Source: Minisyncoccota bacterium (GTDB taxonomy: Bacteria > Patescibacteriota > Minisyncoccia > Phycocordibacterales > SBAW01). From it: a stretch of 63,300 bases of DNA. The translations under genes and the position numbers were made by a program. Below are positions 41,019 to 50,341 of this stretch, piece by piece. Numbering within the stretch: the stretch's first letter is position 1; each line of letters begins with the position of its first letter. Where the stretch lies: positions 1-63,300 of the forward strand of contig JAGOUZ010000005.1 of NCBI GenBank assembly GCA_018060985.1. Reading direction: 5' to 3'. The notes below the pieces were generated by a model. The model made no database searches. It had not been told where the DNA came from and saw only the letters and a program-made list of their open reading frames with translations.

Positions 41019-41053
41019 AGGCCGCGCAGAATATCGCGCGGCCTTTTCTTTTT
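41019..41053 (+). terminator. intrinsic terminator
   Basis: AGGCCGCGC/GCGCGGCCT followed by TTTCTTTTT. Confidence 0.75.
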
Positions 41054-41079
41054 GTCAAAAAAACGCTACTTTTATTGCA

Positions 41080-43023
41080 ATGACCCTCAACGAGGTGCGC
41101 GAGAAATATTTGGCCTTTTTTCAGGCTCAGGGACATACGGTACTACCAAGCTCTAGCTTGGTGCCCGAGAACGACCCTACAACACTTTTTACGGGATCTG
41201 GTATGCAGCCGCTCGTGCCGTACTTGCTGGGCAAGAATCATCCGGCCGGGACGCGCCTGGTAGACAGCCAGAAGTGTTTCCGTTCAATGGATATAGAAGA
41301 GGTGGGGGATAATCGCCACACGACCTTCTTTGAGATGCTTGGTAACTGGTCACTCGGCGACTACTTTAAACAAGAGCAACTTCCGTGGTTTTTTGAATTC
41401 CTCGTTGGCCAGGTAGGGCTAGATCCGAACAAGCTGTACGTCACTACATTTATTGGCGATGAAAATAATAACGTACCCCGCGACACCGAGTCGGCAGAAA
41501 TTTGGAAGCGGCTGTTTGATGAACAGGGGATAGATAACAAGGTAGTGGATATCGGGAGCGAGGAAAACGGCTACCAGGTGGGAATGCAGGGTGGACGCAT
41601 CTTTTACTACGATGCAAAGAAAAACTGGTGGTCCCGCGCAGGAGTGCCGGAAAAGATGCCTGCAGGAGAGCCGGGCGGTCCAGACTCAGAGGTATTTTAT
41701 GACTTTGGTACACCGCACGACCCTAAGTGGGGTCCGGAGTGCCACCCTAACTGCGACTGTGGCCGCTTCCTCGAGATCGGCAACTCTGTCTTTATGCAGT
41801 ACATCAAAAAAGAAGATGGTTCTTTTGCTTTGCTACCTAAACAAAATGTGGACTTTGGTGGTGGTCTTGAACGCATTGCCGCTGTATTAAGAAATGAGTC
41901 AGATGTTTTTAATATTGATGTATTTGATAAAGCTAAAGAAGTGATATTCAGCTTGTGTGGAACTCCTTACTACGACGAAGGGAATCCGAACGGCTTTGTG
42001 GTTGCAAAAAGTGGAGGAATGTTTCCCTCTGAAATGAGATACATGTATCGCGTGATACTTGATCATATTAGAGCCGCAACTTTTTTGATCGGGGATAGTG
42101 TACTACCCAATAATAAAGATCAGGGATACTTCGTCCGCCGCCTCATACGGCGAGCGGTTAGATTTGGTCATAAATTAGGAATAGATTCAAATTTTACCGC
42201 GCAAGTTGCCAAAACCTTTATAGATACATATGAAAATTCTTATCCAGAACTTAAAAAACGTGCTGAGACTATTCAAAATGAGTTAACAAAAGAAGAAGAG
42301 AAATTTCGGGAAACTCTTGCTCGTGGAATTAAAGAACTGGAGCGCTTTACTGGAGATGCCGTTTTTGATAAAAACGGCTTAACTGCTCAGTATATATTTC
42401 AGCTGGTGACGACCTACGGCTTCCCACTCGAGCTTATTTTAGAAGAGGCGGGAGAGAAGGGTATCAAACAGATAGATATAGAGGGTTTTAAAGACCTGCT
42501 TAAACAGCATCAAGACCTTTCTCGTGCAGGTTCTGAACAAAAGTTCAAAGGCGGTTTAGCTGACACGTCTGAGAAGACTACGCGCCTGCACACCGCACAC
42601 CACTTACTCCTTAAGGCACTCCAGCAGGTGTTGGGACCAGAGGTACACCAGCGCGGCAGCAATATCACCCAAGAGCGTTTACGCATCGACTTTAGCTGGG
42701 GGGCAAAGATGACTGATGGGCAGAAAAAAGAGGTAGAGAAAATAGTAAACGAAAAGATTAACGAAGACTTGCCGGTAGTTCGTACCGAAATGGCTAAAGA
42801 AGAGGCCGAGAAGCTTGGTGCAGAGCACGAGTTTGGCGCCAAATACCCTGACAAAGTATCTGTTTATTCCGTCGGGCCGCTCGATAGCGCATTTTCTATA
42901 GAGTTTTGTGGCGGGCCGCATGTGGAGCACACAGGAGAAATTTCAAAGTCGGGTATGTTCAAAATCCAGAAAGAAGAAGCGGTTGCACAAGGGGTTCGTA
43001 GAATCAAAGCAGTGCTTCAGTGA
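41080..43023 (+). CDS. alaS: alanine--tRNA ligase, C-Ala domain absent (647 aa)
   Basis: DPTTLFTGSGM, HTTFFEMLGN, EIGNSVFMQY, DFGGGLER; editing motifs HTAHHLL and CGGPH. Confidence 0.97.
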   Translation: MTLNEVREKYLAFFQAQGHTVLPSSSLVPENDPTTLFTGSGMQPLVPYLLGKNHPAGTRLVDSQKCFRSMDIEEVGDNRHTTFFEMLGNWSLGDYFKQEQLPWFFEFLVGQVGLDPNKLYVTTFIGDENNNVPRDTESAEIWKRLFDEQGIDNKVVDIGSEENGYQVGMQGGRIFYYDAKKNWWSRAGVPEKMPAGEPGGPDSEVFYDFGTPHDPKWGPECHPNCDCGRFLEIGNSVFMQYIKKEDGSFALLPKQNVDFGGGLERIAAVLRNESDVFNIDVFDKAKEVIFSLCGTPYYDEGNPNGFVVAKSGGMFPSEMRYMYRVILDHIRAATFLIGDSVLPNNKDQGYFVRRLIRRAVRFGHKLGIDSNFTAQVAKTFIDTYENSYPELKKRAETIQNELTKEEEKFRETLARGIKELERFTGDAVFDKNGLTAQYIFQLVTTYGFPLELILEEAGEKGIKQIDIEGFKDLLKQHQDLSRAGSEQKFKGGLADTSEKTTRLHTAHHLLLKALQQVLGPEVHQRGSNITQERLRIDFSWGAKMTDGQKKEVEKIVNEKINEDLPVVRTEMAKEEAEKLGAEHEFGAKYPDKVSVYSVGPLDSAFSIEFCGGPHVEHTGEISKSGMFKIQKEEAVAQGVRRIKAVLQ

Positions 43024-43066
43024 GTTTGATATACTCGCTCCAGAGCGGTCTCTAAAGGAGAGAACG

Positions 43067-43252
43067 ATGCCTGATCTTGGTCTCAAATACCTTATGGAAG
43101 TCATAAGGGGGAGGCGTCCGCAGCCAAAGCCTCGGCCAGAGTTGCGGGCTGTCTATGTATCAGTTGCGGCAACGGCTCGCCTGCAACCAGACCGTATGGT
43201 CGATCATATTCTGAATCGCATCAAGAAAGAAAACGCGCTACCCACCAAGTAA
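43067..43252 (+). CDS. 61-aa basic hypothetical protein
   Basis: AAGGAG SD; TGA-TATACT upstream; start ATG 43067. Confidence 0.55.
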   Translation: MPDLGLKYLMEVIRGRRPQPKPRPELRAVYVSVAATARLQPDRMVDHILNRIKKENALPTK

Positions 43253-43338
43253 TCTTGACAGAAAAATAAATAGTGGGAGTATTACGACGAACGGCGTTCT
43301 TTCGTTCAAATATGTTTTCTCGAGACGGAGGGAGACTA

Positions 43339-43425
43339 ATGACCAAGTCCATTCCTGGCTTCTGGCTGCACGCGGGTCTCGTCGTGATCCTCCTGATTGC
43401 TGGCTTCGGCCAGCACTTGATCTAG
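43339..43425 (+). CDS. 28-aa hydrophobic micro-protein MTKSIPGFWLHAGLVVILLIAGFGQHLI (not in ORF track)
   Basis: GGAGGGAG SD; TTGACA at 43255-60; TAG stop; terminator follows. Confidence 0.6.
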   Translation: MTKSIPGFWLHAGLVVILLIAGFGQHLI

Positions 43426-43439
43426 ACCTATTCAGCCTT

Positions 43440-43476
43440 GCCCGGACGCACTTTGCGCCCGGGCCTTTTTATTTTC
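43440..43476 (+). terminator. intrinsic terminator
   Basis: GCCCGG/CCGGGC stem followed by CTTTTTTATTTT. Confidence 0.7.
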
Positions 43477-43492
43477 GTTGTATACTTTTGTC

Positions 43493-44488
43493 ATGTCCGC
43501 GCTCTTTAAGCGTAAAAAGGAAGAGGGGAATACGGTACTTCTCCTCGATGTAGAGAACGGCAGCGTGGGTTCTGCGCTCGTTCGGCTTTCTCCGCATGAA
43601 GCGCCGCGTCTTTTTGGTGAGACGCGGGTGCAAATTCCACTTCTTAAAACACATGCACCGGGATCAATCACTAAAGAGATAGAGCAGGCCGCTCGCCATG
43701 CCCTTGACCATGTGGCGCAAGTTGCCGCTCGGGTGCGTGTGCATTCATCAGAGTCTGTGGGCACGGTTGCCCACACGGCGGTGTTTATGTCGCCGCCATG
43801 GGCAACGCTAAATCTTGGCTATGACACTGTCCCGCACCCGATTACGCAAAGTATCTATAATTCGCTAGTTACGTTACTTGGGCCGGCAGTATCAACCTCG
43901 TTCCATCCATTTGCTACAGCCACGGCCCACATGGTTCCCTCACTTTTTCCACACGAAGAGCGCTACCTGCTGTGTGTCGTAAGCGGGGAAGTAATGGAAA
44001 TGATCGCGCTTGAACGTTCGGAGTGGGACAGCCAGGTGCTTGGCCATGCAACGATCCCATTTGGACGCAACTCGATTATGCGGACGCTTAAGGCCCATGG
44101 CGGATTAAGTGTGGGTGAGGCACTGTCAGCTCTTAAGCTTGTCCGGCACGGGCATATGTCGCCCATGCATGAGCCGCTTACATCGCTCGCTGTGCACATT
44201 GGGGCAGAGTTTGATGAAGTAGCGCGCGAACTGGCAACAGGCGGCACGTTGCGCTCGGTGTTCGTTGTAGCAGAGGAGCCCGTAGGCGAGTGGTTTGCTC
44301 GTTCGCTTGCGGATCATGCGTCGCTAGAAACTCTGTTTCCAGAAGGTGGTACGGTGCGCGCAGTGCGGGGAAGTCATATTTCCCCTTTTATTGCGATACA
44401 CGCACATAAGCCGGACATAGCGTTATTATTGGAGGCCCTGTTTATAGATGCCAGGCTGCCCAAAGCTAAAGTCGAGGCAATTAGATAA
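43493..44488 (+). CDS. degenerate actin-like (FtsA/PilM-like) fold hypothetical protein
   Basis: LLDVENGSVGSALV resembles the phosphate-1 motif; IPFGRN-I resembles FtsA. Confidence 0.5.
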   Translation: MSALFKRKKEEGNTVLLLDVENGSVGSALVRLSPHEAPRLFGETRVQIPLLKTHAPGSITKEIEQAARHALDHVAQVAARVRVHSSESVGTVAHTAVFMSPPWATLNLGYDTVPHPITQSIYNSLVTLLGPAVSTSFHPFATATAHMVPSLFPHEERYLLCVVSGEVMEMIALERSEWDSQVLGHATIPFGRNSIMRTLKAHGGLSVGEALSALKLVRHGHMSPMHEPLTSLAVHIGAEFDEVARELATGGTLRSVFVVAEEPVGEWFARSLADHASLETLFPEGGTVRAVRGSHISPFIAIHAHKPDIALLLEALFIDARLPKAKVEAIR

Positions 44489-44509
44489 TTTTGCTATATA
44501 ATCCTTTGT

Positions 44510-45781
44510 ATGCGTGACATGGTCCCTCGTGACGATCGTTCAATTAGAAATATCCCCGTACCCGCAACCCACCACAAGCGGGCTCCGCAGTCGTATGAAG
44601 ATGAGCAGCAATCACCGGCTCCTCGGGGTGAGTACCGTCAACCGCCTCGCCCACGAGGCAAGGGGAAGCGTCGCCTGCTGATTTTAGGAGTAGCGATCGT
44701 TATTATCTGTGCCGTTGGAGGTTTACTCCTTTCTACACTATTTGCCGGAGCTACCATTACAGTCTATCCGCGTGAGGCGCAGGTTGCCGTGCCGGCTTCT
44801 CTTTCGGCTCAGCCTAATGCACCAATAGGAACGCTTTCATATGAAGTCATGACCGTTACTCGCTCTGCTTCTACTACGGTGCAGGCAACGGGCAGTAAAA
44901 ATGTAAGTCGTGCCGCTTCCGGTACGGTTACTATTTACAACTCTTTTGGTACAGAGACCCAGCGTCTTATTGCCAACACTCGTTTTGAGGCACCCGATGG
45001 CAAAATCTACCGCGTGCGAGACTCGGTGGTTGTTCCGGGCATGAAAGGCACTACTCCTGGCACGGCTACCGTAACGGTATTTGCCGACAGTGCAGGCGCT
45101 TCGTATAACCGCAGCGAAAAAACTCGTTTTACCGTGCCAGGGTTTAAAGGCGACCCACGCTATGAAAAGTTTTATGCAGAAACCTCGTCAATTGTCGGTG
45201 GGTACGTAGGCCCTGAGCCAACGGTGGCAGCCGCCGACCTTACCAAGGCGCGCGAGGCGCTCCAACAAGGGCTTGCACAGGCAGCACAAACTTCTCTCGG
45301 TTCACAAATTCCAACAGGTTACTTGCCGGTTCCGGGCACGCTGCAGGTTACCTATAGCGAAATTTCTCAGGCGCCAGGTCAGGAAAGTACCGCGATACTT
45401 GGTCAGAGCGCTACGATGAGTGCCGCGATAGTCTCGCAGGAGATGCTTGCGAGTGTTATTGCAAAACAAACTGTTCAAGATTACCAAGGAGAACCCGTCA
45501 TGATTAAAGACCCTAGTTCAGTTATCATGTCTGTCGCATCTTCGACGCAGCTCTCCGCTGGTCGCATTACTATTGATCTGCAAGGTTCGCCCACACTCGT
45601 ATGGCGCTATGACAGCGAAAAGCTTGTAACGTCGCTCCTTGGAAAAAACAAAGGGGAGTTTGAATCTATTATTGAATCTTTTGCCCCAGCCATTATGCGC
45701 GCCGAGGCCAAATTGCGGCCGTTTTGGGACACTTCCTTCCCAAGTGAGCGTGAGAAGGTAAAGATTGAAGAGGGGAAATGA
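44510..45781 (+). CDS. single-TM protein with baseplate-J/gp47-like extracellular domain
   Basis: ASGTVTIYN...LIANTRFEAPDGKIY...VPG...V-AD-AG-SYN...FT-PG pattern. Confidence 0.65.
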   Translation: MRDMVPRDDRSIRNIPVPATHHKRAPQSYEDEQQSPAPRGEYRQPPRPRGKGKRRLLILGVAIVIICAVGGLLLSTLFAGATITVYPREAQVAVPASLSAQPNAPIGTLSYEVMTVTRSASTTVQATGSKNVSRAASGTVTIYNSFGTETQRLIANTRFEAPDGKIYRVRDSVVVPGMKGTTPGTATVTVFADSAGASYNRSEKTRFTVPGFKGDPRYEKFYAETSSIVGGYVGPEPTVAAADLTKAREALQQGLAQAAQTSLGSQIPTGYLPVPGTLQVTYSEISQAPGQESTAILGQSATMSAAIVSQEMLASVIAKQTVQDYQGEPVMIKDPSSVIMSVASSTQLSAGRITIDLQGSPTLVWRYDSEKLVTSLLGKNKGEFESIIESFAPAIMRAEAKLRPFWDTSFPSEREKVKIEEGK

Positions 45782-45789
45782 GCCCTTGG

Positions 45790-45818
45790 TTGACACTCAT
45801 AAACGCCTCTGCTAGTAT
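45790..45818 (+). promoter_or_regulatory. promoter of the infA-rpsI operon
   Basis: TTGACA-N17-TAGTAT with TGn. Confidence 0.75.
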
Positions 45819-45836
45819 TGGGTACGCTCATTGCTG

Positions 45837-46046
45837 ATGGATATTAAAGAAGGTGAAGTACAGGCAGTTGTCGATGAGGCGCTGCCAAACGCTCTTTTCC
45901 GAATCACTACAGATTCAGGAGAGAGGCTTATTGCATATCTGGCAGGCAAAATGCGATTGCACCGTATTAAAGTGCTCGTAGGGGATAAAGTTTTAGTAAA
46001 ACTTGACCCGTATGGAGGCAAAGGGCGGATCACAAGACGTCTGTAA
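45837..46046 (+). CDS. infA: translation initiation factor IF-1
   Basis: EALPNALF, AYLAGKMR-HRIKVL-GD-V, GRI. Confidence 0.95.
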   Translation: MDIKEGEVQAVVDEALPNALFRITTDSGERLIAYLAGKMRLHRIKVLVGDKVLVKLDPYGGKGRITRRL

Positions 46047-46053
46047 TTTTTGA

Positions 46054-46167
46054 ATGAAAGTTAAAGCATCAATCAAAACCCGTTGTGCTAACTGCAAAAT
46101 GGTTCGGCGCAAAGGCCGGATATATGTTACGTGCTCGAACCCTCGCCATAAGCAGCGCCAAGGCTAA
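46054..46167 (+). CDS. rpmJ: 50S ribosomal protein L36 (Zn-binding form; not in ORF track)
   Basis: [37 protein letters not shown]. Confidence 0.97.
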   Translation: MKVKASIKTRCANCKMVRRKGRIYVTCSNPRHKQRQG

Positions 46168-46175
46168 TCATTTCT

Positions 46176-46553
46176 ATGCGTATCTCAGGTATTACACTTC
46201 CTAATAAAAGAATTGCGTACGCGCTCCTCGAGCTCTACGGTATTGGTCAGCCACGCGCCCGCATGATCTGTGCGGAAGCAAAGGTTGATCCGATGAAGAA
46301 AGCTAACGAGCTTACTCCGGAAGAAGAGAACCGCATCCGCGGCATTATCGAAACCTTTAAGATCGAGGGTGATTTGAAGCGCGAAGTATCTCAAAACATC
46401 AAACGCCTTAAAGATATCGGTGCTTACCGTGGTACGCGCCATCAGCGCCGCCTACCAGTTCGTGGCCAGCGCACTAAGACCAACTCACGCACCGTCCGTG
46501 GCAACGTTCGTAAGACCATGGGCTCCGGTCGTCGTAAGGTTGAAAAGACTTAA
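46176..46553 (+). CDS. rpsM: 30S ribosomal protein S13
   Basis: YGIG, EGDLKRE, YRG-RH-R-LPVRGQRTKTNSRT. Confidence 0.98.
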   Translation: MRISGITLPNKRIAYALLELYGIGQPRARMICAEAKVDPMKKANELTPEEENRIRGIIETFKIEGDLKREVSQNIKRLKDIGAYRGTRHQRRLPVRGQRTKTNSRTVRGNVRKTMGSGRRKVEKT

Positions 46554-46583
46554 AATTTGTTGTAATCTACTGACTTAATACCT

Positions 46584-47012
46584 ATGGGTAAGAAACGAAT
46601 AGTCAAAAAGGGAGGGGATGAGGGATCTGGAGGCCGTTCGGCTTCGGGACGCTCTTCTCGCCGTAAACTCGAGTCCGGCATTGTATATGTCGAGGCTACC
46701 TACAATAATACAAAGATGGGTCTCGCTGATCCTATGGGCAATGTTATTGTCTGGTCTTCAAGCGGCTCACTCGGTTTTGCTGGAGCTAAAAAGGGTACTC
46801 CTTTTGCAGCGGCAAAGGTCGGTGAACTCCTTGGCGACAAGGCAACTGAAATGGGTATGAAGGAGGTGGCTGTGGTAGTGAAGGGTGTTGGTGCTGGCCG
46901 CGAGTCTTCTATCCGCGCATTTTCATCAAAGGGTATCCAGATCGCCTCTATTAAGGACATGACGCCGGTGCCTCACAATGGGCCTCGTCCGCCACGCCCA
47001 CGCCGCGTGTAA
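46584..47012 (+). CDS. rpsK: 30S ribosomal protein S11
   Basis: ATYNNT, KKGTPFAA, G-GAGRES, D-TPVPHNG. Confidence 0.98.
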   Translation: MGKKRIVKKGGDEGSGGRSASGRSSRRKLESGIVYVEATYNNTKMGLADPMGNVIVWSSSGSLGFAGAKKGTPFAAAKVGELLGDKATEMGMKEVAVVVKGVGAGRESSIRAFSSKGIQIASIKDMTPVPHNGPRPPRPRRV

Positions 47013-47026
47013 CCAATCATTTATAT

Positions 47027-47638
47027 ATGCAAATCGGACCAAAATATAAAATTTGTAAACGCCTCGGTGCCTCGGTATTTGAAAAATGCCAGACACAGAA
47101 GTTTCAGCTTGCGGAGGCACGTGCTCCTCGCAAGACCAAAGGTCGCCGCGGCGGCGCTTCGGACTACGGCGCTCAGTTGCTTGAAAAGCAGAAGGCGCGC
47201 TTTACCTACGGTTTGTCTGAAAGCCAGTTTGCTCGCTACGTCAATGAAGCCATTGAAAAGAAGGGTGCCGACTCAGTACAGGGTCTTGTTTCCCGCCTTG
47301 AGGGACGCCTCGACAACTCGGTCTTCCGCGCAGGCTTTGTTAAAACCCGTCGCGCAGCACGCCAGCTCGTCTCACACGGTCACGTTACTGTTAACGGACG
47401 CCGCGTTACCATCCCTTCATACTCGGTAAAGCAGGGTGACGAGGTAGGTATCCGCACCGAAAGCCGCACCAGCCCACTTTTTGCTAACCGCGCAGAAGTT
47501 TCTACCGAAACCCGCCTTCCTACATGGCTCGAAGCTCAACCTGACCACTTTTCAGTAAAGGTAGGAAGCGTGCCGAAGGTGGAGGAGACGGAACTGCCGT
47601 TCAATGCGCCGGTTATTATCCAATTTTACAGCCGTTAA
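47027..47638 (+). CDS. rpsD: 30S ribosomal protein S4
   Basis: SDYG-QL-EKQK, LEGRLDN, RRAARQLVSHGH. Confidence 0.98.
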   Translation: MQIGPKYKICKRLGASVFEKCQTQKFQLAEARAPRKTKGRRGGASDYGAQLLEKQKARFTYGLSESQFARYVNEAIEKKGADSVQGLVSRLEGRLDNSVFRAGFVKTRRAARQLVSHGHVTVNGRRVTIPSYSVKQGDEVGIRTESRTSPLFANRAEVSTETRLPTWLEAQPDHFSVKVGSVPKVEETELPFNAPVIIQFYSR

Positions 47639-47667
47639 TTTTAATAAGTAACCCTGGGAAAACGTTT

Positions 47668-48621
47668 ATGATGGAATATTCAATTACATTACCAAGCAAG
47701 CCACGCATCGTTAATGAAGACGAGATGGAGGGCACATACGAAATAGACGGGCTCTACCCGGGCTATGGCCACACGCTTGGCAACTCACTTCGCCGCATCA
47801 TCCTCGCCTCTATTCCAGGCGCCGCAATCACAAGCGTAAAGATCGAAGGCGTTGAACACGAGTTTTCTACTATGACGGGTGTTAAAGAAGACATCGTTAC
47901 GATCCTTCTTAACCTTAAAAAGCTCCGCTTCGAAATTATCGGTGGCGAAGGCCAGACGGTAAAACTCTCAGTTAAGAGCGCACAGAAAGTTACTGGCGCA
48001 GACCTTGAGCTCCCAGGCCAGGTACGCCTTCTTAACCCAAACTCGTATATTTGCGAGGTAACCGACAAGATTTCTTTTGATGCAGAGTTTCGTGTCGAGC
48101 GCGGCCTCGGCTATGTTGCTCGCGAACAGCTCAAGAAAGACCGTGTTGAGATCGGCGAGATCTCAGTTGATGCAAGCTTTTCTCCTATCCGCCGTGCAAA
48201 CTACGAGGTAGAAAACATGCGCGTAGGCGACCGCACAGACTTTAACCGTCTCCGCATTGCTATCGAGACCGACGGTACTATCAGCCCACGCAAGGCGCTT
48301 GAGGCTGCTATCGAGATCATGATCACTCAGCTCAAGTCTATTATCGGCTTCCGTGAGGAAGAAGTTGCAGAGGCAGCTGCAGTACCGGGCGAAGTTGAAG
48401 CTCAGAACCCGGAAAACAGCACCGAGGTTATGAAGACCCGCATCGAAGATCTTGAACTCTCAAGCCGCACTGTTTCCGCTCTTGAAAAGGAGGGGATCCG
48501 CACGGTAGGAGGCCTTGCCCGCAAACGCGAGCAGGATCTTGTGGACATTGAAGGTCTTGGACCGAAGTCGATACAGGAAATCAAGCGTGCACTTGCTAAC
48601 TTCGGCATAATCCTGAAATAA
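47668..48621 (+). CDS. rpoA: RNA polymerase alpha subunit
   Basis: GYGHTLGNSLRR, FSPI-R-NYEVEN-RVG, CTD IEDLELS-RT...LG-KS. Confidence 0.98.
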   Translation: MMEYSITLPSKPRIVNEDEMEGTYEIDGLYPGYGHTLGNSLRRIILASIPGAAITSVKIEGVEHEFSTMTGVKEDIVTILLNLKKLRFEIIGGEGQTVKLSVKSAQKVTGADLELPGQVRLLNPNSYICEVTDKISFDAEFRVERGLGYVAREQLKKDRVEIGEISVDASFSPIRRANYEVENMRVGDRTDFNRLRIAIETDGTISPRKALEAAIEIMITQLKSIIGFREEEVAEAAAVPGEVEAQNPENSTEVMKTRIEDLELSSRTVSALEKEGIRTVGGLARKREQDLVDIEGLGPKSIQEIKRALANFGIILK

Positions 48622-48639
48622 TCTGAATTTGTAACCTTT

Positions 48640-48987
48640 ATGCGTCACGGAAATCACAACCGAAAATTTGGCAGAGAAAAAGGGCAGCGCGTTGCGCTCA
48701 AGCGCTCTTTGCTCCGCTCACTTGCGCTTAAAGGACGCATTCAGACCACTGAGGCTAAGGCTAAAGAAATCCGTCCGATGATGGAGAAGCTCGTTACTCG
48801 CGCTAAGAATCCTACTCTCGCAAACCGCCGCTTCCTTATCTCCGCTATTGGCGATGAGGCTGCTGCAAAGAAGGTTATTACCGCAGCAGAAGGGTATAAA
48901 GAGCGCCCAGGTGGTTACTTGCGCATCGTAAAGATGGTAGAGCGCAAAGGCGACGCTGCTAAGATGGCTCTGATTGAATTTGTATAA
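48640..48987 (+). CDS. rplQ: 50S ribosomal protein L17
   Basis: MRHG...I-TTEAKAKE...RPGGY-RI-K. Confidence 0.98.
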   Translation: MRHGNHNRKFGREKGQRVALKRSLLRSLALKGRIQTTEAKAKEIRPMMEKLVTRAKNPTLANRRFLISAIGDEAAAKKVITAAEGYKERPGGYLRIVKMVERKGDAAKMALIEFV

Positions 48988-48994
48988 AAACTGT

Positions 48995-49336
48995 ATGATT
49001 ACCATTGACGCACAAAATAAGACGGTAGGCCGCGTAGCAAGCGAAGCGGCAAAGATACTCCTCGGTAAGCACAAGCCTACCTTTGTTAAGAATGCCGTTA
49101 TGGGCGAGGAGGTGAAGATCATCAACTCTTCTAAAGTTAAGATCTCCGGCGCAAAAAAGACCGACAAGAAGTACATCCGCTACTCTGGCTACCCAGGTGG
49201 GCAAAAGGAGGAGTCCTATGCTATGTTGGTAGCTCGCCGTGGGGAAGGAGAGGCGCTTCGTCGCGCAATCCTCGGCATGCTTCCTAAAAACAAGCTTCAG
49301 ACCAAGCGCATCAAGTTGCTCACAATCGAAAAATAA
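48995..49336 (+). CDS. rplM: 50S ribosomal protein L13 (N-terminally short)
   Basis: IDA--K-VGRVAS--A-ILLGKHKP, RYSGYPGG, AI-GMLPKNKL. Confidence 0.95.
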   Translation: MITIDAQNKTVGRVASEAAKILLGKHKPTFVKNAVMGEEVKIINSSKVKISGAKKTDKKYIRYSGYPGGQKEESYAMLVARRGEGEALRRAILGMLPKNKLQTKRIKLLTIEK

Positions 49337-49337
49337 T

Positions 49338-49748
49338 ATGGTTACTGCTAAAAAAGAAGAGCGTTATATCGAGACTGTAGGCCGCCGCAAGACGGCTATT
49401 GCCCGTGTACGCCTTACCCCATCAACCCGCACGATGGTGTTTATAAACAAGAAGGAGGTGAACGACTATTTTCCTACCGAACCGCTTCGCGTTGCTGCGC
49501 TTGAAGCTTTTCTTAAAGTATCGCTCCCAGTTCAGTTTGAAGTAAGCGTGGTAGTAAGCGGCGGCGGTATTGCAGGCCAGGCGGTAGCTGTGCGCCACGC
49601 TATCTCTCGCGCACTCGTTGAGTACCAGGCGGATCTCCGCGGTGTCCTCAAGAAAGAGGGCTTCCTCAAGCGCGATCCTCGTGCCAAAGAGCGCCGCAAG
49701 TTCGGCCTCAAGAAGGCTCGCAAACGTGCTCAGTGGAGCAAACGCTAA
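49338..49748 (+). CDS. rpsI: 30S ribosomal protein S9
   Basis: GRRKTA-ARV, GGGIAGQA-A, RD-R-KERRKFGLKKARKRAQWSKR. Confidence 0.98.
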   Translation: MVTAKKEERYIETVGRRKTAIARVRLTPSTRTMVFINKKEVNDYFPTEPLRVAALEAFLKVSLPVQFEVSVVVSGGGIAGQAVAVRHAISRALVEYQADLRGVLKKEGFLKRDPRAKERRKFGLKKARKRAQWSKR

Positions 49749-49754
49749 AGAAGA

Positions 49755-49775
49755 ACCGCCGCAAGGCGGTTTTTT
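49755..49775 (+). terminator. terminator of the ribosomal operon
   Basis: ACCGCC-GCAA-GGCGGT followed by TTTTT. Confidence 0.85.
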
Positions 49776-49776
49776 C

Positions 49777-49804
49777 TTGATTTAATTTAAAAATCTGCTA
49801 TAAT
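49777..49804 (+). promoter_or_regulatory. grpE promoter (leaderless geometry)
   Basis: TTGATT-N16-TATAAT with TGn; ATG seven nt downstream. Confidence 0.65.
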
Positions 49805-49811
49805 ACGCGCC

Positions 49812-50327
49812 ATGTCGGACGATAACTTTGAAGAAGAGTTCGTCCCCGAAGAGGAGGCCGAACAAGGACCCGCACTTATCAAGCGTTTGCGTGATCGTCT
49901 TAAGAAGGCAACAGAGGAGCGGCAAGAATATTTAGAAGGATGGCAGCGCTCGAGGGCCGACTTTGCCAACTTTAAGCGCGAAGAGGCGCTTATGAACGAG
50001 CACAAAGAGGTTCGTGTCAAAGCCGGCTTAGTAGAGGACCTCATTCCTGTCTTAGATTCGTTTGAAATGATGCTTAAACACGCTCAGACGAAAGAAATGA
50101 ACTTGGTTCATAAACAATTTCTTGATGCACTTCGTAAAATGGATATCCTCTACTACGGCAAAAAGGGGGACACCTTTGATCCGTATAAATATGAAGCGCT
50201 ACGCGAAGTGGCGGTAGAAACTCCAGAAGACGATCAAAAAGTTGTATCGGTTGAACGCAGTGGGTATAGTATTGGCGAACATATTATTAGACCCGCCCAA
50301 GTAACAGTGGGCGCATATCAGAAATAA
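49812..50327 (+). CDS. grpE: nucleotide exchange factor GrpE
   Basis: QR-RADF-NFKR, FDPY-YEAL, GY-IG---IRPA-V-V. Confidence 0.95.
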   Translation: MSDDNFEEEFVPEEEAEQGPALIKRLRDRLKKATEERQEYLEGWQRSRADFANFKREEALMNEHKEVRVKAGLVEDLIPVLDSFEMMLKHAQTKEMNLVHKQFLDALRKMDILYYGKKGDTFDPYKYEALREVAVETPEDDQKVVSVERSGYSIGEHIIRPAQVTVGAYQK

Positions 50328-50341
50328 TCTATAACTATTGT

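Noticed and set aside
44510-45781. Prophage suggested by the baseplate-like domain
   Set aside because: No terminase, capsid, tail or integrase genes; the protein has a TM anchor and core-gene neighbours.
49749-50341. CIRCE operator upstream of grpE-dnaK
   Set aside because: No TTAGCACTC-N9-GAGTGCTAA match.
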